A DNA stretch of 64,000 bases, taken from Candidatus Magasanikiibacteriota bacterium. GTDB taxonomy: Bacteria; Patescibacteriota; Patescibacteriia; Magasanikbacterales; GWA2-37-8. The notes under the pieces were generated by a model. It did not search any database. It saw only the letters and a list, made by a program, of their open reading frames with translations, and was not told the origin of the DNA. The first letter of the stretch is position 1. Every line of letters begins with the position of its first letter. Location: NCBI GenBank assembly GCA_963840935.1, contig CAWJAS010000001.1, positions 706,790 through 770,789 of the forward strand. Reading direction: 5' to 3'. Shown here one piece after another: positions 18,512 to 26,861 of the stretch. Both the position numbers and the translations under genes were made by a program.

Positions 18512-19501
18512 ATGCCCGAACACCATCCCTCACCCGAAGCCCGTGACGCCTCCTCCTTTGAATACTGGCTTGATAATGAGGTAAAAAGACAATATATAGA
18601 GCAAGTGACCGCTCTTAACGAGATTGGTCTTTTGGATATCTTGCCCGAAGCCGAAGCCAAGGGCGTGGTTGGTATTGACGGCAAGGAATACCCGGTCCCA
18701 AGCTGGGCGGAGATTAAGGCCGAATTAGAGAAAGACAAAGAAAAATATGATACCAAAAGAAAACAAGGTTTCACCGAACTACAGCTCACCTCTTTTGCTG
18801 TCCCGCTTGAACGATTAACCCACACTTTAGAGAAACAAATCCTCGAACACCACAAACAAGGCAAACTCCTGGCTACTAAGGACAAAGACACTGACCCGGA
18901 TGAACCATTGGAATTAGACACCAACCAACCCCTCTATACATGGGACGGTTGGCTCGACCCGAACGCCCCACAGGGCGAAAGAGGAGCCGATGTCACTGGC
19001 AAGTGCGTTTACTACCCCGAATCCTTTGATAAAAAAAACCACAACGGCCAGACCAAACAACAAATACTCGACAAACAAAACAAGAATAACTCTCCCTTCC
19101 CCGGCTGGAATGTCATCCTCCTGGAAGCCAGCCCGAATATACCGAGAGAGGGCAAAGGCAAAACCCTGAACAACAGAAAACAGTTGGAAGCAGGCAAAGA
19201 ACCACAGCAATATCTCAAAACCCTACAAACCGACCCAACCTACCGGCATGAACAAGGCCTGACTATCGAGGACTGGACAACCCAAATGCTTACTCACCTG
19301 CACAAAACCAACCAGGTGATTGATGATTACCAAGGCAAAGGCAGTATCTGCTATTGTGCCGGCATCTTTAATCCCGCTTTCGGCGACCTGGGCCGCGCCT
19401 GCTGGCGCCGCGACTACCGCCAGGCCTACTTGATCTGGTACGTTCCTGGCTCTCGGTACGACTTCGACGGTCTCCGCTCCGCGGTGGGGATTGGTCCTTG
19501 A
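18512..19501 (+). CDS. DGR target (variable) protein A. The C-terminal about 37 codons are the variable region VR1.
   Basis: 329 aa. It is about 93% identical to the inverted paralog at 24435..25424 except for the C-terminal about 40 aa. Its 3' end matches the template repeat with substitutions only at TR adenines. Confidence 0.8.
   Translation: MPEHHPSPEARDASSFEYWLDNEVKRQYIEQVTALNEIGLLDILPEAEAKGVVGIDGKEYPVPSWAEIKAELEKDKEKYDTKRKQGFTELQLTSFAVPLERLTHTLEKQILEHHKQGKLLATKDKDTDPDEPLELDTNQPLYTWDGWLDPNAPQGERGADVTGKCVYYPESFDKKNHNGQTKQQILDKQNKNNSPFPGWNVILLEASPNIPREGKGKTLNNRKQLEAGKEPQQYLKTLQTDPTYRHEQGLTIEDWTTQMLTHLHKTNQVIDDYQGKGSICYCAGIFNPAFGDLGRACWRRDYRQAYLIWYVPGSRYDFDGLRSAVGIGP
19376..19486 (+). repeat. 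DGR variable repeat VR1
   Basis: A 111-nt match to the TR (24025..24135, opposite strand). About 17 mismatches, every one at a TR adenine. A GC-rich hairpin (cccgccagc-atgag-gctggcggg) lies 40 bp downstream at 19530-19557. Confidence 0.85.
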
Positions 19502-19571
19502 TCTTTGGTTTTTAATTCGTATTATAAAACCCGCCAGCATGAGGCTGGCGGGTTTTAATTTATTCTAATTT

Positions 19572-22500
19572 TTAAAATCTACCGTGCCAAACATTGCCAC
19601 GACCGCCGGAATTGTAGGTCATCTGCGAGTTCAAATTATCACCAGTGCTCAAATCATCATAAATTTTCGTTTCCGGATCGCCCGAACCGTCGTCCAGCGC
19701 GCGCAAGCGCGTCAAAGCAATCGGGTCATTAGTCAGATTATCCGGCATCTTCACCGAACCGCCATATTGGCTGGCGACGGCCAATGTTTTGACCGGTAAA
19801 CCAACAAACATTTTTTTAACTCCGTCTAAAATCGCCGCTACCTGCTCTTCGCTTTCAATACCCGGGGCGTAATAAATACCATTGAGCATCAATGCCGGTT
19901 TTTTATCTTCATCCATGGCGAAACTACCAAAAATAAAACCAAGGTTTTCACTGGATGTTTGTTTAGGCGTATCATACAATGCTTCACCTTGCGGTTTTTC
20001 CATGGAGATAACAAACGATAGCGGGTCGGCGTTAATTGAGGCGACCCAATATTTATTTTCCGTGCCATGTTGAACCACCATATTGTAATTGTTGCTCGAA
20101 AAACAGCAAATTTTGCTGTCGGCAAAGCGCACCATATTCATCAGTTGTTTGGTTTTGTCCATATAGCGCAAACCGACGCGTTGGTGCTTTTTTTCTTCAC
20201 CGCGCGACATCGGCCGAACATAAGTCAATGTGTCTTGAATAGTTTGAAACGGCCCCTGCAAATGACTCTCCAATTCCTGCACCAAAGCCACATCGCTTTC
20301 GCGCAATCGCTCTTCGCCCAGCACCTGCATGCTGATAAAAGTAAAAATGGCGCTCGGTGATTTTTCTGTCAAGGCGATAATTTCTTGTCCGATGGCTTCG
20401 ATTTTTTGGCTTCGCTCACTTGCTGACAAGCCGGCAAACCGGTCTTCCACTTTCATTTCCGACACCATCTGGCGCTCATTTTCCAATTTGGTCAGTTCGG
20501 CCTGAATATTCGCGATTTGTTTTTCTAAACGCGGTTTGTTTTTTTCATCAGCCCTCTCCAGCCCTTCGCGCAAATTGCCCAGGGCTTTCTTTTTGCGCGC
20601 AATTTCACTAACCACGGCTTTGGCTCGCTCATTTCCGCCCCGCAATGCCACCAGCAAATCCTTTTTCATCTTTTTTAAGTCCAGCCGTTTTGCGTCCAGG
20701 CGGGGAATCAATTCTTCTCCGCGGATAACAATTCGCTCGTCGTCAAACACGCTGTCCAAAGTGGCTTCGAGCAACATTTTTTCGCCCAATTTTTTCCAAT
20801 TATCTTTAAGGTCATTTTTGGCGCGGTCACGCAGGTCAGGCCATTCTCTATCAATTTCTGAAATTAACTGTCCGCGATCAGCAAAGGTCTGCGCCGATGA
20901 CATCTGCGTTAAATATTTTTCAGCCATTTCAGTTTTTTCTTGCTGTAAATATTCGCGGTAGAGAGGGAATATCAAAACTACGCCGAGTTCGCCCCGGCCA
21001 AGAGCTCGGCCGATTTCTGCATTGGCATTTTTTATGGCCGCATTTTCACTTACCTCAAAACTCACTTCCTGATAAGCCCGTTCATTTTTTTCACCAAAAT
21101 AATGACCGTCTTCCAGCCGAGAACAAACCTCAGTTGTTTCGGTTTTTTTTAATCCGCCCCGCTCGAGCGCCGAAGCAAACGCATGCATCGGCTCTTTGTG
21201 CGTGCGCAATTTGGCAATCAAATCCAGCATTTCTTTGAATTTGGCAAAACTGTAATTGTTTATTAAATTGAAACGGTCATCCCCACCGTGGAGTAAATAA
21301 TAAATCATGGCCGAGTGTTCGTCGCGATTAAGGGCGGTAATAAGCGAGCGCGAGTCGGTAAATTTTTCAAACTCGGTTTGCTTGGAACGGATATCGGCCA
21401 CGCGTTCGGAAATATTTTTTGTCCGCCAATTCTTATCTTCGTAAATAAATTCCAAAATTTCTTTGCTCGGCATCACGCCGAGCTCTCCGACCACGCTCTG
21501 CAAAACTTCCAGCCGTCGATTTTCACTTTCCATCGTCACCGGCCCTTGTTTGTTTTCCGGCAATTTTTTTCGTTCAGACCGATTGGCTACTCCGCGCTCT
21601 TTCCACCACTCGGCCACATCTTTTGGCAAATAACCTTTGTCGCATAATTTGCCGAATAAATACAAAGCCAGATGATTGTTTAGGCGGGGGTCGCCGGCCA
21701 GGCGCAAAATTATGTCATTGCCTCGCCAGTCGTCAAAATTATCCAAAAATACTTTTATAACGCGAGGCAAATGTCCGGCTTCCATTTTTTCCGCCATATC
21801 GCCTGGCTCGCTTTCGTCGCGAATCAAATCCAACAGCAATTGGCGCGTATCCTCGCCCAGCGTACCGACGGCTTCGCTCAATTGTTTGGTAATAGCGCGT
21901 TCGTCAAATTTTTTGCGCTCCACCGAGACCTTTAATTCTTGATGTAAACGATTACGCACCGCCCGTCGCTGATTTTCTTCCTCTGATTTCTTTTCCACCA
22001 CCGCTTGGTGAAGCAGGGGCGCCAAAGCCAAATCCAATTCGCGCGACACTGCCGGCCGTTTGTCGTCGGGGATCAATGCCAAAAAATCCGCCCGATCTTT
22101 TTCGGGTAAAACCAATGCATAGTCGGCCAAAAGCTGTTTGTCACTGGTCGCTTTTTTAGCGATTTCATTCATGTCAGGCAAAGTGGATTTTTCAACCAAT
22201 TTTTTTTGCAAACCCAAAAGCATGGCATCTGCCAGCAAACTGGACGGAGCAACTTTGGGCACATTTTTACAAGCCGAAAGATATTTATCAGCGGTCTCCA
22301 TTTCCACATCCGGATACACACCGGCAACCAAACTCATTTTTGCCGCCCGCGCCATGGATAAGGCAGCCAAATCGGGAAACAATTCAGCCGTGTCTTCGGC
22401 TTTGGATATTAAAATTTTATACTGTCCTGTTGCCTCTTCGGTAGATAAATCATCTTGACTTCCACCGCCGGCTTCACTGTTAACTTTGGCCAAATCAGCA

Positions 22501-22679
22501 TCATAGCGCTCGCGCATAGCGCCGGTTGACCATGGTTGTTGCAAATTCAGTGCGTTGATGCGTAATTCTTGAGACCGTTTCCGCATTTCCGCGCGAATAT
22601 GTATGTTGCCAAATTCGGCCACAGATTTATTGTTGGCTTCTATGAAGTCCGATGGGTGTTGTCCTTCGCCTTTGCGCAT
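19572..22679 (-). CDS. Large (1,035 aa) hypothetical protein encoded immediately downstream of, and overlapping, the DGR reverse transcriptase. It has no recognisable catalytic motif and no Walker A.
   Basis: Long uninterrupted ORF with island-like GC (about 50%). The N-terminal two-thirds are K/E/R/L-rich and predicted helical. The C-terminal about 230 aa are beta-rich. Its start overlaps the RT stop by 40 nt, consistent with an operon. Confidence 0.65.
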   Translation of the reverse strand: MRKGEGQHPSDFIEANNKSVAEFGNIHIRAEMRKRSQELRINALNLQQPWSTGAMRERYDADLAKVNSEAGGGSQDDLSTEEATGQYKILISKAEDTAELFPDLAALSMARAAKMSLVAGVYPDVEMETADKYLSACKNVPKVAPSSLLADAMLLGLQKKLVEKSTLPDMNEIAKKATSDKQLLADYALVLPEKDRADFLALIPDDKRPAVSRELDLALAPLLHQAVVEKKSEEENQRRAVRNRLHQELKVSVERKKFDERAITKQLSEAVGTLGEDTRQLLLDLIRDESEPGDMAEKMEAGHLPRVIKVFLDNFDDWRGNDIILRLAGDPRLNNHLALYLFGKLCDKGYLPKDVAEWWKERGVANRSERKKLPENKQGPVTMESENRRLEVLQSVVGELGVMPSKEILEFIYEDKNWRTKNISERVADIRSKQTEFEKFTDSRSLITALNRDEHSAMIYYLLHGGDDRFNLINNYSFAKFKEMLDLIAKLRTHKEPMHAFASALERGGLKKTETTEVCSRLEDGHYFGEKNERAYQEVSFEVSENAAIKNANAEIGRALGRGELGVVLIFPLYREYLQQEKTEMAEKYLTQMSSAQTFADRGQLISEIDREWPDLRDRAKNDLKDNWKKLGEKMLLEATLDSVFDDERIVIRGEELIPRLDAKRLDLKKMKKDLLVALRGGNERAKAVVSEIARKKKALGNLREGLERADEKNKPRLEKQIANIQAELTKLENERQMVSEMKVEDRFAGLSASERSQKIEAIGQEIIALTEKSPSAIFTFISMQVLGEERLRESDVALVQELESHLQGPFQTIQDTLTYVRPMSRGEEKKHQRVGLRYMDKTKQLMNMVRFADSKICCFSSNNYNMVVQHGTENKYWVASINADPLSFVISMEKPQGEALYDTPKQTSSENLGFIFGSFAMDEDKKPALMLNGIYYAPGIESEEQVAAILDGVKKMFVGLPVKTLAVASQYGGSVKMPDNLTNDPIALTRLRALDDGSGDPETKIYDDLSTGDNLNSQMTYNSGGRGNVWHGRF

Positions 22680-23647
22680 ATCTTGTTTTTGATTAACCAG
22701 TTATAATTTTTTAGATGTTTAAGATGGTGTTGCTTTGCCAGACCATAATAGCTGGGTACATTCCGCCGATTCAATCGAGATTTTGCTCTGCGCCAAATTT
22801 TAGCTTTGAGCCGTCGGCCAGTAGGATAGATTTCTACGCCCAAAAAATGGATACCCCGCCGCACAGGTAATAATATATCATTTTTACGGTTTATTTCAAG
22901 TCCAAGAGCATTTTTTAAGAATATCAACACTCTCTCTCGTAAATCTTTTGTTCCTATTCTTGTCTGAGTTATTATTATAAAATCATCGCCATAACGAAGA
23001 TAAAATTGCGGTTTTAAAATATGTTTTACAAATCGATCCAATTCATTGAGATAAATATTGGCGAAAATCTGGCTGGTCAAATTGCCGATAGGGATTCCCC
23101 GCTGGTCAGCTTCTCTTTTGTTTTGTCCAGAGTGAATATAACTGCCAATAATTATTTTAAGCAGGTTAGTTGTTTTGGTATCTTTAATACGGCGCGCCAT
23201 AATGCAAAGCAATACATCATGCTTTACGCTGTCAAAAAACTTGGTAATATCCGCCCGCCAGATAAAACTTTGAGAATATTTTTTAAACATTTTTTCCGTT
23301 CGCGCGATTGCCCCAATCAATCCTTTTTCTTTACGGCAAGACCAAGCGTCGTAAATAAAAGTTTTGTCGTAAATCTGCACAAGATATTCATAAACCAAAC
23401 GATGAAAAACCCGATCGCGAACACTGGCGACCGCGATATCACGGCGTTTGTTATCCGTCACCGTAAAATGCTGATACGGACCATGTATATATTGCCCGTT
23501 GTTCAAGTCCGTAAAAAGCCCCCATAAATTGTTTTCCAAAAAATATTGAAACAAATCAAGTTCATTTGTTCTTCTTTTTCCTCGGCGAAATTCAAACCAA
23601 CTTTGCCAAATATTATTTAAACTTAAATCAACGGGCGCTTTAAACAT
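22640..23647 (-). CDS. DGR reverse transcriptase
   Basis: RT motifs including the YxDD box (YLRYGDDFII) and the DGR-RT-characteristic QGIPIGNLTSQIFANIYLNELD segment. It is 335 aa. Confidence 0.9.
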   Translation of the reverse strand: MFKAPVDLSLNNIWQSWFEFRRGKRRTNELDLFQYFLENNLWGLFTDLNNGQYIHGPYQHFTVTDNKRRDIAVASVRDRVFHRLVYEYLVQIYDKTFIYDAWSCRKEKGLIGAIARTEKMFKKYSQSFIWRADITKFFDSVKHDVLLCIMARRIKDTKTTNLLKIIIGSYIHSGQNKREADQRGIPIGNLTSQIFANIYLNELDRFVKHILKPQFYLRYGDDFIIITQTRIGTKDLRERVLIFLKNALGLEINRKNDILLPVRRGIHFLGVEIYPTGRRLKAKIWRRAKSRLNRRNVPSYYGLAKQHHLKHLKNYNWLIKNKICAKAKDNTHRTS

Positions 23648-23675
23648 AATATTCTTAATTGATTCATCTTAATAT

Positions 23676-24020
23676 ATGCTAACATTACCCATAATCAATC
23701 AGGTTTACGAGGTGTATAAAATAATGGCGGACATAAATATCCACACAGAAAAACGCTGGCGTTATTCATTGGGCTCAAGTTTGGAAAACACAATTTTAGA
23801 TTGTATGTCCGAACTGATCATGGCCAAAAATGCGCCAAAACCAATTAAGGCCGGTCATCTTATTCAGGCCGGCGCGCATTTAGAAATATCAATCTTAAAA
23901 TTGCGACTATTTTTGGAGTTAAAAATTGCCAATGAAACAAAAGTTTTTCAGGCGCAAGCCAAAATCCGAGAGATTGGAAGAATGCTCGGTGGCTGGCTGA
24001 AGTCCTTGCAAAATACATAA
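23676..24020 (+). CDS. avd: DGR accessory variability determinant (Avd, four-helix-bundle protein)
   Basis: 114 aa. The C-terminal region IREIGRMLGGWLKSL and the central RYSLGSSLENTILDCMSELIMA pattern resemble Bordetella phage bAvd (LIAEVGRILGSWIARV). It is immediately adjacent to the TR. Confidence 0.7.
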   Translation: MLTLPIINQVYEVYKIMADINIHTEKRWRYSLGSSLENTILDCMSELIMAKNAPKPIKAGHLIQAGAHLEISILKLRLFLELKIANETKVFQAQAKIREIGRMLGGWLKSLQNT

Positions 24021-24024
24021 ACCT

Positions 24025-24135
24025 CACCGCGGAGCGGAGACCGTTGTTGTCGTTCCGATTGCCAGGATCGTTCCTGTTCAAGTTGGCCTGGCGGTTGTCG
24101 CGGTTCCAGTAGGCGTTGCCCAGGTTGCCGAAAGC
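24025..24135 (-). repeat. DGR template repeat (TR). The sense (adenine-bearing) strand is the minus strand, and it is rich in AAC (Asn) codons.
   Basis: The minus-strand reading GCTTTCGGCAACCTGGGCAACGCCTACTGGAACCGCGACAACCGCCAGGCCAACTTGAACAGGAACGATCCTGGCAATCGGAACGACAACAACGGTCTCCGCTCCGCGGTG aligns to both VRs. All differences fall at its adenines. Confidence 0.9.
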
Positions 24136-24434
24136 ATTAGTGATAATATCCGTCCGTAAAATTGAATGACCGCGGTCAATCCAAAATTGCGCCTATTGCG
24201 CTAAACAAACCCGCGCGGGGGTATAGATATTACTCATCACGGTGGGATTTATGTGTAAGGGTTTACGCCACACGATATTTGCTAAAATATTTTAGAAATA
24301 CTTCGCGTTTTTTCGGCGTTTGAACATAGCGGCAGCCCGCCCCAAGGCGGGTGGCTTTTCACCGGGTATGTTATTTTTTTTAAAAACGAAAAACCCCAAA
24401 ACCAAAAGAAAAAAGAAAAAACAAAGGCCAAAGA

Positions 24435-25424
24435 TCAAGCACCCACCCCCACCGCGGAGCGGAGACCGCTGTCGTCGTACCGACTGCCAGGAACGCTCCT
24501 GACCAAGAAGGCCCGGCGGCCGTCGCGGTCCCAGCAGGCGTAGCCCAGGTTGCCGAAAGCGGGATTAAAGGTGCCGGCGAGGAAACAGGCACTGCCTTTG
24601 CCTTGGTAATTATCAATCACCTGGTTGGTTTTGTGCAGGTGAGTAAGCATTTGGGTGGTCCAATCCTCGATGGTCAGGCCTTGTTCATGCCGGTAGGTTG
24701 GGTCGGTTTGTAGGGTTTTGAGATATTGCTGTGGTTCTTTGCCTGCTTCCAACTGTTTTCTGTTGTTCAGGGTTTTGCCTTTGCCCTCTCTCGGTATATT
24801 CGGGCTGGCTTCCAAGAGGATGACATTCCAGCCGGGGAAGGGCGAGTTGTTTTTGTTTTGTTTGTCGATTATTTGTTGTTTGGTCTGGCCGTTATGGTTT
24901 TTCTCGTCAAAGGATTCGGGGTAGTAAACGCACTTGCCGGTAACATCGGCCCCTCTCTCGCCCTGTGGGGCGTTCGGGTCGAGCCATTCGTCCAAGGTGT
25001 AAAGGGGTTGGTTGGTGTCTAATTCCAATGGTTCGTCCGGGTCAGTGTCTTTGTCCTTGGTAGCCAGGAGTTTACCTTGTCTGTGGTGTTCGAGGATTTG
25101 TTTCTCTAAAGTGTGGGTTAATCGTTCAAGCGGGACAGCAAAAGAGGTGAGCTGTAGTTCGGTGAAACCTTGTTTTCTTTTGGTATCATATTTTTCTTTG
25201 TCTTTCTCTAATTCGGCCTTAATCTCCGTCCAGCTTGGGACCGGGTATTCTTTGCCGTCAATGCCAACCACGCCCTTGGCTTCGGCTTCGGGTAAGATAT
25301 CCAAAAGACCAATCTCGTTAAGAGCGGTCACTTGCTCTATGTATTGTCTTTTTACCTCATTCTCCAGCCAGTATTCAAAGGAGGAGGCGTCACGGGCTTC
25401 GGGTGAGGGGCGGTGTTCGGGCAT
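24435..25424 (-). CDS. DGR target (variable) protein B, an inverted paralog of protein A. Its C-terminus is VR2.
   Basis: 329 aa, near-identical to protein A until the last about 40 residues. Confidence 0.8.
   Translation of the reverse strand: MPEHRPSPEARDASSFEYWLENEVKRQYIEQVTALNEIGLLDILPEAEAKGVVGIDGKEYPVPSWTEIKAELEKDKEKYDTKRKQGFTELQLTSFAVPLERLTHTLEKQILEHHRQGKLLATKDKDTDPDEPLELDTNQPLYTLDEWLDPNAPQGERGADVTGKCVYYPESFDEKNHNGQTKQQIIDKQNKNNSPFPGWNVILLEASPNIPREGKGKTLNNRKQLEAGKEPQQYLKTLQTDPTYRHEQGLTIEDWTTQMLTHLHKTNQVIDNYQGKGSACFLAGTFNPAFGNLGYACWDRDGRRAFLVRSVPGSRYDDSGLRSAVGVGA
24450..24560 (-). repeat. DGR variable repeat VR2
   Basis: A 111-nt match to the TR with about 15 mismatches, all at TR adenines and at positions different from VR1. 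A downstream hairpin gcccgcc-ccaa-ggcgggt lies at 24347-24368. Confidence 0.85.
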
Positions 25425-25590
25425 ATTAAATTATAAAATAAGTATGTCGTCGAATTGACAAAAGTATGAATAAATAATAGCAAATATTATATACCATGTC
25501 CAACAAACGCGCAGACAAATAAATTTATCGAAAAATTGACAAAAAATACATAAAAGCTGATAATAAGGTAATTGAAAAAATAAAAAATTT

Positions 25591-26829
25591 ATGCACAAAC
25601 AAAAACTTGAACAATTTGATACGGAAATTTTCTCGGCCATTGCCAAAGAAAAAGCCCGCGAGGAAAACGGACTGGAAATGATTCCATCGGAAAACTTTGT
25701 TTCCACCGCGGTTTTGGAAGCCCTGGGTTCGATTTTGACAAACAAATATTCGGAAGGATACCCGGGCAAACGCTATTATGGCGGATGCGAATATATTGAT
25801 GAAATAGAAACGCTCGCAATTGAACGCGCCAAACAATTATTCGGAGCCGAACATGTTAATGTTCAACCGCTTTCCGGCGCGCCGGCCAATATTGCCGTGT
25901 ATTTTGCTTTGCTTGAACCGGGCGACACTATTCTTGGCATGGATTTGGCTCATGGCGGGCATCTCACTCACGGCCATCCTGTCACCTACATGGCAAAATT
26001 GTATAATTTTATTCGCTATGGCACAGGTGCCGACGGACTTATTAATTATGAAGAGCTGCGTCAAACCGCCCTTGGACACAAACCAAAAATTATTCTGGCT
26101 GGCTACAGCGCCTATTCGCGTCTGATTGATTGGAAAAAAATAAAAAATATTGCCGATGAAGTGGGCGCAATCACCATGGCGGACATTGCTCACATTGCCG
26201 GACTTATCGCCGGAGGTGTAATGGAAAATCCTGTTCCGATTTTTGATGTTGTCACCACCACAACGCACAAAACTTTGCGCGGACCCAGAGGCGGAATGAT
26301 AATGTGCAAAAAACAATTCGCCAAAGCGATTGATAAATCAGTTTTCCCGGGATTCCAAGGCGGACCGCATGAAAATAATATCGCCGCTAAAGCAATTTCT
26401 TTTAAAGAAGCGCTGGAACCGGAATTCAAAGAATACGCAAAACAAATTTTAAAAAACGCGAAGGTTTTGGAAGAAGAATTCAAAAAACGAGATTACAATA
26501 TTTGTTTTGGCGGAACTGATAACCATCTTTTGCTGATTGATTTGACAAACAAAAATATTACCGGCAAGGAAGCGCAAATTGCTTTGGACAAAGCCGGAAT
26601 TACAGTTAATAAAAATATGGTGCCAAATGACCCGCGCTCGCCCATGGACCCGTCAGGTATTCGCCTTGGCACACCGGCCCTAACCACTCGCGGGATGAAA
26701 GAAGATGAAATGCGCAAAATTGCCGAATGGATTGATACGGCGATAAAAAATTACCAAAACGATGATGAACTTCAAAAAATAAAAAATGAGGTCATTAACC
26801 TCACAAAACAATTCCCACTTTACTATTAA
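25591..26829 (+). CDS. glyA: Serine hydroxymethyltransferase
   Basis: 412 aa. Conserved segments are [35 protein letters not shown], the PLP-binding [14 protein letters not shown] and DLAHIAGL. Confidence 0.92.
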   Translation: MHKQKLEQFDTEIFSAIAKEKAREENGLEMIPSENFVSTAVLEALGSILTNKYSEGYPGKRYYGGCEYIDEIETLAIERAKQLFGAEHVNVQPLSGAPANIAVYFALLEPGDTILGMDLAHGGHLTHGHPVTYMAKLYNFIRYGTGADGLINYEELRQTALGHKPKIILAGYSAYSRLIDWKKIKNIADEVGAITMADIAHIAGLIAGGVMENPVPIFDVVTTTTHKTLRGPRGGMIMCKKQFAKAIDKSVFPGFQGGPHENNIAAKAISFKEALEPEFKEYAKQILKNAKVLEEEFKKRDYNICFGGTDNHLLLIDLTNKNITGKEAQIALDKAGITVNKNMVPNDPRSPMDPSGIRLGTPALTTRGMKEDEMRKIAEWIDTAIKNYQNDDELQKIKNEVINLTKQFPLYY

Positions 26830-26834
26830 TAAAA

Positions 26835-26861
26835 AAATCGCCGACTGGCGATTTTTTAATT
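26835..26861. terminator. Bidirectional rho-independent terminator between convergent glyA and pyk
   Basis: aaaaaaa-TCGCC-gact-GGCGA-ttttttt is a symmetric hairpin flanked by A and T runs. Confidence 0.6.

Noticed and set aside
18914-19540. ORFs antisense or out-of-frame within the DGR target genes (18914..19210, 19012..19218, 19223..19540 and their mirror images 24718..25458)
   Set aside because: They are mirror-duplicated because the two target genes are near-identical. The composition is not protein-like. The sense frames encode the conserved 329-aa proteins.
19572-22679. The possibility that the 1,035-aa DGR-associated protein is a helicase/ATPase
   Set aside because: No Walker A (GxxxxGK[ST]) or DEAD/DExH box could be found on reading the sequence. 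It is left as unknown.
23860-24081. 73-aa minus-strand ORF MNRNDPGNRNDNNGLRSAV…
   Set aside because: It is the DGR template repeat read in its Asn-codon frame and is not an independent gene.
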